A DNA stretch of 64,000 bases from an uncultured Candidatus Bathyarchaeia archaeon (lineage in GTDB: Archaea > Thermoproteota > Bathyarchaeia > RBG-16-48-13 > CAYPFQ01), in contig CAYPFQ010000001.1 of the NCBI GenBank assembly GCA_964410135.1, positions 22,560 through 86,559 on the forward strand, read 5' to 3'. This document shows positions 29,785 through 39,808 of the stretch, piece after piece (position 1 is the stretch's first letter; each line of letters opens with the position of its first letter). A program made the translations under genes and the position numbers. The notes beneath the pieces are model-generated. The model was not told the DNA's origin. It searched no databases and saw only the letters and a program-made list of their open reading frames with translations.

Positions 29785-31391
29785 AGATGGGTAAGCTGAA
29801 CCCAAATAAAATTTTGAAATGGGTTGAACGGGAAGGCTTTGAAAAAGTTTGGGCTCAAAGTGCCAGCCTTCTGCCACCGAAGAAGAAAGGTGCTAAACCA
29901 GCTCCAGCCAAAGCTGGAAAAACCCATCCGATCTTCGATCTTGTGCAAAAATTCCGTCAAGCCTTCATAAAATTAGGTTTTAATGAGATACTTAATCCTC
30001 TTGTGGTTGATGAGACAGAAGTCTATAAGCAGTACGGGCCTGAAGCTGCAATCATACTAGACAGATGCTACTACCTAGCCTCTCTTCCACGCCCAGAAAT
30101 TGGGCTCGGACTAGACAAGACTGAGGAGTTAGCGAAACTAAGTATAGCATTAACTCCAGAAAAAACCGAAAAACTCCAAGCCGTGCTACGGAGATACAAG
30201 AAGGGCGAGATCGACTCAGACGATCTAGTGCAAAGTCTCGCCGAATCTTTAGGGGTCTCGGATGCTGACGCTATCGCGGTAATTGAAAAAGTCTTCCCAG
30301 AGTTCGCGGCTCTCAAGCCTCAGCCCTCAACCCTGATCCTCCGTTCCCACATGACCAGTGCCTGGTTTAATACACTTAAATCACTACAATACAAAACCGA
30401 GCTACCCATCAAACTTTTCTCGGTCGATTACAAGTTTAGACGTGAACAGCAGGAGGATGCCACCCATCTAAGAAGTTCCTACGTAGCCAGCTGTGTGGTA
30501 ATGGACGAAGAAGTCGATGTAAAAGATGGCGAGGAAATTACAAAAGCCATACTTCAGCCACTAGGCTTTAAACGTTTCAAATTCGTCAAAAAGAAAGTCA
30601 CATCCCGATACTATGCACCTGGAACCGAATACGAAGGCTTCGTCTATTTCCCAGCGATGAAGCAATGGGTTGAGGTGGTGGATTACGGCATATACAACCC
30701 GATCGCCCTCGCAAAATATGGGATAGAATATCCAGTATTAAATGTGGGAATTGGCGTAGAACGTGTAGCAATGCTCCTACAGGGAGAGACTGACATTCGG
30801 CGATTAGCCTACCCATACGAATATGCCGAATGGGTTATGTCGGATACGCAGATAGCCAGCATGGTTCAAATCGCCAAACAACCCAAGACCCCCCAAGGCG
30901 AGAAACTGCAAAAAGCCATCATAAAAACCGCTATAAAATACGCTAAAAAACCAAGCCCCTGCGAGTTCACAGCTTTCAAGGGCAAAGTCTTTGGACGAAC
31001 ACTCGAAGTTTCAGTATACGAGCCAGATGTAGGCACAAAACTCCTAGGTCCCGCCGCCCTCAACTCAGTGTACGTCTACGACGGGAACATACTGGGAATC
31101 CCAGCCAAAGGACTAGAAGACAAGCCTCTTGTCAAAGAAGCACGGAAAAAAGGAATCTCAACTAAAATCAGGTATCTCGACGCTGTGGCCGCTCAGGCAG
31201 CAGCTGAGATTGAGCAAGCCGCACGGGTGGGCAGGCCTAAAATAATTAGTGTTCGAACAAAGATGGCTAAGCTCCCAAGCGATGTCAACATCCAGATTAG
31301 CGATGTTGCACAACGCTATGTCACAGGCAAAAACAGAATTATTTCAGTGAAAGGGCCAGTGTTCGTGGGAGTCAAAGCAAAAATTGTCTAG
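29772..31391 (+). CDS. sepS: O-phosphoserine--tRNA(Cys) ligase (SepRS)
   Basis: 539 aa collinear with methanogen SepRS. Matching blocks are THPIFD..RQAFIKLGF, VDE..VYKQYGPEA..LDRCYYLASLPRPEIGLG, TLILRSHMTSAWF, FRREQQED, SPCEF, LLGPAALNSVYVYDGNILGIP, IRYLDA and VKGPVFVGVKAKI. Confidence 0.9.
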   Translation: MARIKMGKLNPNKILKWVEREGFEKVWAQSASLLPPKKKGAKPAPAKAGKTHPIFDLVQKFRQAFIKLGFNEILNPLVVDETEVYKQYGPEAAIILDRCYYLASLPRPEIGLGLDKTEELAKLSIALTPEKTEKLQAVLRRYKKGEIDSDDLVQSLAESLGVSDADAIAVIEKVFPEFAALKPQPSTLILRSHMTSAWFNTLKSLQYKTELPIKLFSVDYKFRREQQEDATHLRSSYVASCVVMDEEVDVKDGEEITKAILQPLGFKRFKFVKKKVTSRYYAPGTEYEGFVYFPAMKQWVEVVDYGIYNPIALAKYGIEYPVLNVGIGVERVAMLLQGETDIRRLAYPYEYAEWVMSDTQIASMVQIAKQPKTPQGEKLQKAIIKTAIKYAKKPSPCEFTAFKGKVFGRTLEVSVYEPDVGTKLLGPAALNSVYVYDGNILGIPAKGLEDKPLVKEARKKGISTKIRYLDAVAAQAAAEIEQAARVGRPKIISVRTKMAKLPSDVNIQISDVAQRYVTGKNRIISVKGPVFVGVKAKIV

Positions 31392-32043
31392 GCTAAGAAA
31401 GCCCAAAGAATTCTCCGTTAAAAAAGCTCGTAGTTTACAGCTTGCCCTGTCAAAGCGTGTAATCGCCGAGGATAGGTTGCCAACAACTCTTCGCTACGTT
31501 GCCGGTGTAGATGCTGCCTACCGAGGCGAGTATGCGGTTGCCGCTGCAGCAGTCTTAGATTGGAATACGCTGAAAGTTCTAGAAACTAAGACGGCGCGCA
31601 TGAAATCCAGATTCCCGTATATTCCAACATTGCTCTCATTTCGTGAAGCACCAGTCATCTTCAGGGCAATCAACAAACTGAAACTCAGACCAAACGTGTA
31701 TTTAGTCGATGGACATGGATGGGCTCATCCGTACCGTTGTGGACTAGCCACCCATGTAGGCGTAACCGCGCATATTCCAACAATCGGAGTGGCAAAGAGT
31801 CTGCTATACGGGGAGGTTAAAGAATCTGCAGGTAAATGGGCTCCAATTGTTGAGGGAGACACCATTATCGGGGCAGCGGTATTCGCAAAAAATGGAAGGA
31901 AGCCTATCTATGTTAGTGTTGGACATATGGTGAGTCTTAATAGAGCAATTGACATCGTTTTACATTGCATTAAGAAGGGGCGTATTCCAGAGCCAATCAG
32001 AGCAGCACATTTGACAGCTAACGAGGCGATCAAGACACGTTGA
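31384..32043 (+). CDS. nfi: endonuclease V (TTG start overlapping the sepS stop)
   Basis: 219 aa with the motifs YVAGVDAAY, FPYIPTLLSFREAP, LVDGHGWAHPYRCGLATHVGV and PTIGVAKSLL. Confidence 0.85.
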   Translation: MSRLRKPKEFSVKKARSLQLALSKRVIAEDRLPTTLRYVAGVDAAYRGEYAVAAAAVLDWNTLKVLETKTARMKSRFPYIPTLLSFREAPVIFRAINKLKLRPNVYLVDGHGWAHPYRCGLATHVGVTAHIPTIGVAKSLLYGEVKESAGKWAPIVEGDTIIGAAVFAKNGRKPIYVSVGHMVSLNRAIDIVLHCIKKGRIPEPIRAAHLTANEAIKTR

Positions 32044-32735
32044 AACCAATTCTTTGGTTTACATTGTATCGGCTTGCTGAAATGGGCGCCCATGGGAGGG
32101 CGATCCATGTTTCCACAACCACCCTAGCTAAGAAGTTGGGCATAGCTCAACAGACTGTTTCAAGGCATTTAATCGAGCTTGAGCGTCTTGGTCTAGTTGA
32201 GCGACATATGATTGCACGTGGGGAACTTATTAAGATCACTGGTGCTGGTATCGAAGAGCTCAGGAACGTGCAGCTTGGTCTGCGCTCTATCTTAGAAACA
32301 GGCGCTCCAACTGTTATATCGATCGAAGGTGAGGCATTCACAGGTTTAGGCGAAGGCGCCTACTACCTGAGCCAAAAGGTATATCGCCAGCAAATCCTCG
32401 AAAAACTCGGATTTGAACCCTACCCCGGGACTCTTAACCTTAGATTAAAGTCGAACATCGACCTGCAGGCGAGAAAGGAGCTCGACGCATATCCCTTCAT
32501 AGAACTTAAAGGTTTCAAAAGCGGAGGGAGGACATTCGGAACGGTCAGATGCTACAGGGCAATAATCAATAACAAATTGGAAGGCGCCGTTGTCACCGCT
32601 CTGCGCAGCCACTATGACGCAACTGTAGTCGAAGTTATCGCACCAACCAACATCCGTGACCGATTCAAAATAAACGACGGAGACAAAGTACATGTTAAAA
32701 TCGTCATTTCCAGCTCTCAACGATCTTCCGCTTAA
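32040..32735 (+). CDS. ribK: CTP-dependent riboflavin kinase (archaeal RibK) fused to N-terminal wHTH domain
   Basis: 231 aa. The N-terminal HTH is LAKKLGIAQQTVSRHLIELERLGLV. The C-terminal archaeal RibK domain carries the PYPGTLNL signature. Confidence 0.8.
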   Translation: MKPILWFTLYRLAEMGAHGRAIHVSTTTLAKKLGIAQQTVSRHLIELERLGLVERHMIARGELIKITGAGIEELRNVQLGLRSILETGAPTVISIEGEAFTGLGEGAYYLSQKVYRQQILEKLGFEPYPGTLNLRLKSNIDLQARKELDAYPFIELKGFKSGGRTFGTVRCYRAIINNKLEGAVVTALRSHYDATVVEVIAPTNIRDRFKINDGDKVHVKIVISSSQRSSA

Positions 32736-33150
32736 TCTTAGATGAACTGTTCAAAGCCTCAGCCTCAAACTTTCCTACTCTCACAACATCGACCTTCCAT
32801 TTTTTCTCAGCAATAATTTTCTTCACACCATCTTCAATGGCCCTCTGATCGTATCCAACCACAATTATATCTGGCTTAATCTTTTCAATAACCCGTGCAT
32901 AATCCAGATCCTCATAGCCTAGTAGCGCAACATCAACTGGCTTCAACGCCTCTATGAGTGCTCTTCTCTGGTTTTCCGGGATAACGGGCTTGGCTCCTTT
33001 CAGCCGTTCTACAGTAGAGTCGCGTGCAACAATCACAACTAGCTTCGCGTTATTTCCTCCAGCCTTCTTTGCCTCTTCAAGAAATTTCAAATGCCCATAA
33101 TGAGGAAGATCGAACGTCCCTGAAGCCAATACTACTTTGATCTTTCTCAT
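32704..33150 (-). CDS. ribL: FAD synthase, archaeal type (RibL, nucleotidyltransferase)
   Basis: 148 aa with the cytidylyltransferase-family motif GTFDLPHYGH. It is convergent with ribK. Confidence 0.8.
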   Translation of the reverse strand: MRKIKVVLASGTFDLPHYGHLKFLEEAKKAGGNNAKLVVIVARDSTVERLKGAKPVIPENQRRALIEALKPVDVALLGYEDLDYARVIEKIKPDIIVVGYDQRAIEDGVKKIIAEKKWKVDVVRVGKFEAEALNSSSKIKRKIVESWK

Positions 33151-33178
33151 CTAATTACCCGTCCAACTGGCTTCCCAT

Positions 33179-33985
33179 TTAATCTATTTGTTCTCCTTTT
33201 AGGATTTCTTTAGGAGCTTCAGCGAGTACGACAAGCGCCTCTGCCTCCATGAAGTGGAGTTCCCCAGGCACGATCAAGATGTGGGGCGGCTCTCCAAATT
33301 TATATCTCATTAACTCGCAAACCGAGCCTGCTTTCACTATCGGCCTCTTTGCGCCAGCTCTAGCAATCCCTATGGCAAGCGTGTCCTCTACGATGATGCC
33401 TTCTTGCCTCCTTTCTTCTATTGTCCTAATAAACTCAAGCGCTTCTTTTATGGTCATGTAGCGCTTATCCGCCCTAACTCCAAGAAAAACAAGCGTGTGC
33501 AGCCCAAGCCGCTTATTCTCCTTTATGACATCGTAGGCTGTTTCAGGCATATATCCCAGCTCAGGATACGCCACAGTCACAGCCCTTCCAAACTTGTAAT
33601 TCTGCAACCCCGCCAAGCCAGGAGCAGCCGAAGCAATCGAAGCACCATGAACAATCCGCGTCTTGATCCCAGCTTTAGCCGCACGAATCCTAAGCGCCAT
33701 ATGGGTAGTAGCTATCATCGGATCCCCCGGCGTAAATAAAACAACCTTCTTTCTCCTAGCATCCTCGATAACCTGTCTTCCCGCCTCATCTTCCAAATTC
33801 TTTCTCGTAAGCACAGCGATCCGCTTCCCGACAAGTTCCTGCAACTTCCCTAACGAGAACTTGGGCATAGGACTTGAATAGAGCTCAATGTAAACCGCAT
33901 CCGCCGAGATCGCCTCTTCAAGCCCCTCTAGCGATACGCCCAACGCATTATTCAAGCCCAGCCCAACGAACACAAGCTCACCCAA
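33179..33985 (-). CDS. dphB: diphthine synthase (Dph5)
   Basis: 268 aa tetrapyrrole-methylase-like protein. The N-terminal LVFVGLGL and overall pattern match diphthine synthase. Confidence 0.85.
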   Translation of the reverse strand: MGELVFVGLGLNNALGVSLEGLEEAISADAVYIELYSSPMPKFSLGKLQELVGKRIAVLTRKNLEDEAGRQVIEDARRKKVVLFTPGDPMIATTHMALRIRAAKAGIKTRIVHGASIASAAPGLAGLQNYKFGRAVTVAYPELGYMPETAYDVIKENKRLGLHTLVFLGVRADKRYMTIKEALEFIRTIEERRQEGIIVEDTLAIGIARAGAKRPIVKAGSVCELMRYKFGEPPHILIVPGELHFMEAEALVVLAEAPKEILKGEQID

Positions 33986-34060
33986 ATGCTGAACCCTCTA
34001 TGCTTATCTAATGACGCAAAAAATATTAGTTAGGCTTTTCATCAAGCCAAGCGATAACCC

Positions 34061-34151
34061 GGGCCCATAGCTCAGTCAGGTAGAGCGGTGGACTCTTAGC
34101 CTTGAGTGGGAGATCCAAAGGTCGGGGGTCCAATTCCCCCTGGGCCCGCCA
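34061..34151 (+). tRNA. tRNA-Lys(CUU) with 14-nt intron at the canonical 37/38 position (intron ~34099-34112); CCA encoded
   Basis: GGGCCCATAGCTCAGTCAGGTAGAGCG, then GTGGA-CTCTTA[GCCTTGAGTGGGAG]A-TCCAA, then AGGTC-GGGGG-TCCAATT-CCCCC-TGGGCCC-G-CCA. Without the intron the loop is CUCUUAA, anticodon CUU. The T-loop TCCAATT has an unusual C at position 55. Confidence 0.8.
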
Positions 34152-34184
34152 AAAATTAATCCCGCGTTGTTTAGGGGCATGTAA

Positions 34185-35258
34185 ATGCTAGAAGGATCAT
34201 GTCTAAAAGTTAAACGCCGTTTGGCTGAGAGGGCAATTTCAGCAGCCAGCAAGCTAGGGCTCTTCAACAAGGATCTACGCGTGCAGCAAATCGGAGAATA
34301 TGTGATGATTCCCCTGAATCGGGCGCCTTCAGGCCAAGCCCTAGCTGAGCTGAAGAAAAGCCTTGAAGAGTTCAAGGTTGCAACCGCTGATTTTGTGTCA
34401 AAAGAGAGATATCTCAAGTCGCTTATCGAAGCCCTAGAGGGCAAGCTCCCCCCTCACCTACTCGCTTCCTTACCGAAGTCAATCGACATAATTGGCGGAG
34501 TAGCGGTTGTAGAAATCCCAAAAGAACTTGAGCAATACCGAAGCCAAGTCGGTGAGGCATTTCTAGCCATGCACAAAAATGTTCGCACTGTATTGGCAAA
34601 GTCAAGTGCTATCGGTGGGCCCTATCGGGTTAGAGAGTTTGAGGTCATTGCTGGAGCGAATGAAACTGAAACAGTTTATCACGAGCATGGATGTGCTTAT
34701 CGTTTGGATGTGGCAAAAGTTTACTTCAGTCCAAGGCTTGCCTACGAACGCGAGCGTGTTTCAAATCAGGTGAAGGAGAATGAACTCGTGTTAGACATGT
34801 TCGCAGGGGTAGGGCCTTTTTCTATTCTAATCGCCAAAAAACATGCGCAGGTCAAGGTTTATGCCATAGACATCAATCCAGAGGCAGTCAACTACCTGAA
34901 ACAAAACATAGTCCTAAACAAGGTTCAAGACAGAGTGATCCTATTGCAAGGCGATGCTAAGAAACTGGTAAAAGGAAAGCTCGTGGGTAGTTTTGATCGA
35001 GTTATAATGAATCTTCCAGCTGAAGCTATTGCCTATGTTGACACTGCCTGTGAGACCCTTAAACCTGAGGGAGGCGTCATTCACTTCTACGATTTTGTTG
35101 CTGAACCTCAGCCATTAGAAAGGGCAGAAGAACGATTTTCATTAGCAGTAGCAAAGACTGGAAGGAAAATTGAAAAGATTTTAACCGCCCGACTTGTTAA
35201 GCCGACAGCTCCACACGAATGGCAGGTGGGGATTGATGCGGTTATTCGCCAGGTTTAA
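34185..35258 (+). CDS. trm5: tRNA (guanine37-N1)-methyltransferase Trm5 (Trm5/TYW2 family)
   Basis: 357 aa. The class I MTase core with DMFAGVGPFSI and NLPA motifs matches Trm5/Taw2, and the length fits Trm5. Confidence 0.8.
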   Translation: MLEGSCLKVKRRLAERAISAASKLGLFNKDLRVQQIGEYVMIPLNRAPSGQALAELKKSLEEFKVATADFVSKERYLKSLIEALEGKLPPHLLASLPKSIDIIGGVAVVEIPKELEQYRSQVGEAFLAMHKNVRTVLAKSSAIGGPYRVREFEVIAGANETETVYHEHGCAYRLDVAKVYFSPRLAYERERVSNQVKENELVLDMFAGVGPFSILIAKKHAQVKVYAIDINPEAVNYLKQNIVLNKVQDRVILLQGDAKKLVKGKLVGSFDRVIMNLPAEAIAYVDTACETLKPEGGVIHFYDFVAEPQPLERAEERFSLAVAKTGRKIEKILTARLVKPTAPHEWQVGIDAVIRQV

Positions 35259-35682
35259 CGGTTAAGGTTATTTTCAATTTCTGGTTTGGGTTTTGTAGGG
35301 CTTGGATCATTTCTGGTGAGAAATCGCATGCAGCCCTATTTGAGCGGATCATAAGCGTCCTTTCACAGACAAAGTCGCTTTTGCGTGCAACTAGGTCTGT
35401 TGGGTGAGTTAGTAAAAGTCTGGGATCCCCGTAGCCAACAGCCACATCTTCTAGCCGTCCTGCTCTGATTTTAACAGTTATTTTTGAGCCAGGTTTCTTT
35501 GCCTGCTCCTTAAACTTTGGGCTGAGGTCAATCGCTCCTTTTGACGCCTTTACCGCGACTACACAGTTCCCCTTCAGGGTCAAGTGGGAATCCTTTGTAA
35601 ATTCGAAGGTAGTTTTATGAGTACCTCTAATATTCAGATGCCCAAAGGCTTCTAAAATCTCAGTAACTATGTTAAGGGTCAT
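35242..35682 (-). CDS. conserved hypothetical protein (146 aa)
   Basis: Clean ORF overlapping the trm5 stop. No motif I can name. Confidence 0.3.
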   Translation of the reverse strand: MTLNIVTEILEAFGHLNIRGTHKTTFEFTKDSHLTLKGNCVVAVKASKGAIDLSPKFKEQAKKPGSKITVKIRAGRLEDVAVGYGDPRLLLTHPTDLVARKSDFVCERTLMIRSNRAACDFSPEMIQALQNPNQKLKITLTVKPGE

Positions 35683-35882
35683 TTTTCTAAAGTTTTGATG
35701 ACGGCTTGTCCTAAGGGGATGTACCAGACATCCTTGCCCTCAATCGACTTTACCACAATAAAATTCTCGTTGACATTTAGAACGGTGCCTTTTAGAGTTC
35801 TGAGTTTTACCCATGGTAGAAATACTTCAATTTTCTTTCCAAGTCCACTTCTTAAAAACAGGTCAGAGCTCATGTCCGCCAC
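35679..35882 (-). CDS. small beta-rich protein (67 aa), possibly Sm/KOW-like barrel
   Basis: 4-nt overlap with the downstream ORF. GTVLNVNENFIVVKSIEGKDVWYIPLGQAV resembles a small SH3-like barrel. Weak. Confidence 0.25.
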   Translation of the reverse strand: MADMSSDLFLRSGLGKKIEVFLPWVKLRTLKGTVLNVNENFIVVKSIEGKDVWYIPLGQAVIKTLEK

Positions 35883-35955
35883 CTTAGTATTGGCTAAATT
35901 TTATTCATAGCTATTGTATTTAAATTTAGATACTAAGCTCTCTTCGCACACTCTC

Positions 35956-36975
35956 TCATTTTGATTCAGCCACCCATTTCGAGAATATGATTCCCACTCC
36001 ATGTTTTGCTTCACTCGCGATTCTCTCTAAACTGAAGTGGCTGGCTATTCCAGCATAAACAGCATAGGGAGTTACCGTGGCGTACGCTTCTGCTTCTTCC
36101 TGTCTGCGGGGGGGCTGTCTGAATGTTAGGGCTACGTCTGCAAAAGAGTCTGGGATGGCAGTGAGTTCGCATCTAAAGCCAAAGGCTTTTTCAGCAGCGC
36201 CATCCGCACGCTTCCGTGTGCCAACTCCCCAAAAATTATGAAATTTACGTAAGGATGGCGTGGCATTATTTCCCAACGACTTAAAAAATAGAAATAGATC
36301 TTCAACCTCATCCATCTTAATTTTTAGAGGGAGTCTCTCTTCTCTCGCTATGAATGGTTTTCTAGCAGGCATATGCCAAGGCCTTAGATTCAGTCTAGGC
36401 GGAGCACCGAGGCGCATGGTTTTCATATAGGAAAGCATAAACGCCATCACTGAAACCATCCAAGCGGATATCATGTACATTGCGAACTCTCCTAGGCTAA
36501 GTTTAGATGGTAAAGAGGACAGAGTTGGCACGCTGAAGGCCCTTGCTATTAGTAGTGAGAATCCAGCGATAAAATAGCCCAGTAAACTTCCAGCGATTCC
36601 AAGAACCACAGATTCAGTAATACCGATGGTGATTATGTCTGAAGGGCTTGCTCCGAGAGCAACCCAGACAGTTGCATTGGCAGATTTGCTGTATACCGAA
36701 CTGGTAAGGGAGCTGAATATAGTTAGAAGTGCGAGGAATAGGATGAGAAGCGTTAGCCATATCCCTGCTAAAATGAGGGGATCGCTTCCGAAAAGAACGG
36801 TGATGGATGGAGATGAAATAGAGGCTGTGAGGCTCTCGATAAGCGATGTTGCGATCATGGTGCTTGCGACCATAAATCCGATGCTAGTGATGGCGATAAT
36901 TGTTCTAAGTCTACTGCTGGTTAGATCTCGGTAAGCGACGAGGAATAGCAGATTTAGTTTGTTTAAGCGGCCCAT
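35956..36975 (-). CDS. integral membrane protein (polytopic N-terminal half + soluble C-terminal domain)
   Basis: 339 aa with about 6 hydrophobic helices in the first 200 aa, then a charged C-terminal domain. It may be permease-like. Confidence 0.35.
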   Translation of the reverse strand: MGRLNKLNLLFLVAYRDLTSSRLRTIIAITSIGFMVASTMIATSLIESLTASISSPSITVLFGSDPLILAGIWLTLLILFLALLTIFSSLTSSVYSKSANATVWVALGASPSDIITIGITESVVLGIAGSLLGYFIAGFSLLIARAFSVPTLSSLPSKLSLGEFAMYMISAWMVSVMAFMLSYMKTMRLGAPPRLNLRPWHMPARKPFIAREERLPLKIKMDEVEDLFLFFKSLGNNATPSLRKFHNFWGVGTRKRADGAAEKAFGFRCELTAIPDSFADVALTFRQPPRRQEEAEAYATVTPYAVYAGIASHFSLERIASEAKHGVGIIFSKWVAESK

Positions 36976-37026
36976 CGATAGTCACTGTCATACTTAAGAA
37001 GTTACGTGAGGTCATTAAAAATTTGG

Positions 37027-37902
37027 TTACGGTTTTTTTAATAGCGCTACGTTCGAGTCTCTAGCTACTCCCACGCTGTGTGCTACAGGATAGCATTTCG
37101 CTCTAAATAGATATGCTACTGGCATCTTTAGTTTTAATTCTGTTATCGTTTCATAGTGGGCCATGCCCTTGGCGATTAGGAGGTCTGCCTGAGATAATTT
37201 TTTGCGGAACTGTTGCGAAGTGTCTTTAATTATCAATCCAATCGAGTCTGTTCCAATCGTCATAAGTTCGTTAGCAATCCTATGCATTCCAACTTCTTTT
37301 GCATCGTTCATAGTTGCATCGTTTAGGATAGGGGCATCTTTGACAGCCACAGTAACCTTCGAGCCTAAATTTTGAAGTTCTTTTACTAGGAGTGTGTCGA
37401 AGGCTATTTCTCCGGCGTTGTCCAGCAGGAAAAGGATTTGTTTGGCCTTCTTTGTCAGTTCATAAATCTGCCTAGTGTGGTCGATTGCCAGCCGCATCTC
37501 GAAAACTATCTTGTCCAATTCTTCAAAATTGAAGTCGTGTCCGAGCACATCGAATTCGATTATGTTGCCAGCTATCGCAATCATACATGCCCTCTTAAAA
37601 CGTTCATAACCCGTTTTGCTGCGTTCTATTATGGACTCAGCTCTTGGTAACAGCTTTAGGGCTATCTGGTTTGATTGGTGGCGCTCGCCCTTGTAGGGGT
37701 CGCTTCCTGTCAGCTGTTTAATTGCGCGGTCTCTCAATGTTCCGATATATGCTGGGACGGCTTCTGGACCAAATTTATTGCTAACAATCCTCAGAATGCG
37801 TTTCATTGCTCTAGCACGGAGCACCTGATCCTTTGTTGCCTTAAGAATCTCTCTACGGCCTCTTTCTAAAAGACAAACTGCGCATTCCAGCTCAGCTTTC
37901 AA
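37027..37902 (-). CDS. DUF89-family damage-control phosphatase (ARMT1-like)
   Basis: 291 aa with the characteristic FLLDNAGEIAFD metal-binding motif of DUF89. Confidence 0.7.
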   Translation of the reverse strand: MKAELECAVCLLERGRREILKATKDQVLRARAMKRILRIVSNKFGPEAVPAYIGTLRDRAIKQLTGSDPYKGERHQSNQIALKLLPRAESIIERSKTGYERFKRACMIAIAGNIIEFDVLGHDFNFEELDKIVFEMRLAIDHTRQIYELTKKAKQILFLLDNAGEIAFDTLLVKELQNLGSKVTVAVKDAPILNDATMNDAKEVGMHRIANELMTIGTDSIGLIIKDTSQQFRKKLSQADLLIAKGMAHYETITELKLKMPVAYLFRAKCYPVAHSVGVARDSNVALLKKP

Positions 37903-37940
37903 GAGAATTCTTCAGCTCCAAGCAAGCAATCAATTTTGTG

Positions 37941-38627
<687 letters not shown>

Positions 38628-39746
38628 TCATGCAACCTTCTTGAAGCGATCTTTCAGCTTTTCTAAGACGCTGGGAAGGGTAGTATACTCCATTTCTTCG
38701 GGTCCAAGTCTATGCGGCATAAACGGTCCATGTAGGCGTAGGTAATCCGCCATTTCATTAGCCATAGATCGTGCACGGTCAAATGCCGGGTCCGCAAACA
38801 AATCAGCTGGGCCTATTAACTTGCCCTCTGAAACTTGAAAGCCTAATGCCACAACTCTTGGAGGGCCATCGAATCTCGTGCATCTGGCATTGTTAAGGCC
38901 TACTGGCATTAGAGGCCCATGATGCGACCCCCTCATCCATCCTGCAACGATATGGGGGAAGGCGAATGCCTCAAGGGCTTCACCTACTGCTGGCAAACCA
39001 TGCTGAGCTCGGACAATACAAACTGGGTCATCTTTACCAACATATTTTCCAGCTATCAATGAAAGTCTCGCAGTGCTTGCCGCCGCCGCAGGCATTTCGT
39101 CGTATCTAGAAACTTTTGCAATTACATACCTGCTTGGGGTGCCTATTAGTGCCAATAAGTCATACATTTCCTCAGGGCATTTCAGGTCCACCATCTTGTT
39201 CTCTGTCAAATCTAACACCTGAAAGTGAAAGCCTCCATGCAATGCTGGATCGATGATTAATCCAGCCGTATTAAACGGGTCAGCGAAGATCTTGAACAAA
39301 GGCAGATTCCATGCACCAGGCTCGGTCTTATCAGCTGCAAATATGACTATAGGATCGCTCTTTCTCTCCTCAAATTCGAGCTCAGCCACACCTGGACCCA
39401 TCCCTCTCACATTGCCAGAGAAAGATTCAACCAAAAGGTCTTGACCAGCGGCGTACAGCTTCAGCTTCTTCGAAACTTTTTCTGTAACTTCTTTGAAGAT
39501 GTTCCAAGCTAGTTCGTGGATTTTTGGGTTGTTCTCTCCTTTGTGGTGGGTCATTGCTAGTTCTAGGTCGTCTCCACAGCTGAATACATAGTAGTCGGTG
39601 ACGAGTCCGCTTTTCTTTGCTTTAGCTAATGATTGCTTTGCAACTTTAATTTGCTCTGGATGGACCATGTGGTGTCCTGCTAGGCTTCCAACATCCGCCT
39701 TAATCACACTAACAGTACTCTTAACTGTTCCAGCCATTTTTACCAC
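38628..39746 (-). CDS. fbp: fructose-1,6-bisphosphate aldolase/phosphatase (class V FBPase)
   Basis: 372 aa. The N-terminal KSTVSVIKADVGSLAGHH is the hallmark of the bifunctional archaeal FBP aldolase/phosphatase. It abuts tpiA. Confidence 0.9.
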   Translation of the reverse strand: MVKMAGTVKSTVSVIKADVGSLAGHHMVHPEQIKVAKQSLAKAKKSGLVTDYYVFSCGDDLELAMTHHKGENNPKIHELAWNIFKEVTEKVSKKLKLYAAGQDLLVESFSGNVRGMGPGVAELEFEERKSDPIVIFAADKTEPGAWNLPLFKIFADPFNTAGLIIDPALHGGFHFQVLDLTENKMVDLKCPEEMYDLLALIGTPSRYVIAKVSRYDEMPAAAASTARLSLIAGKYVGKDDPVCIVRAQHGLPAVGEALEAFAFPHIVAGWMRGSHHGPLMPVGLNNARCTRFDGPPRVVALGFQVSEGKLIGPADLFADPAFDRARSMANEMADYLRLHGPFMPHRLGPEEMEYTTLPSVLEKLKDRFKKVA

Positions 39747-39808
39747 TCTGCTACTTTCGTGCTTGCCTTGGGTTATTAAGCATTTTCAGAAGTGCCTTAT
39801 ATTTCGTG

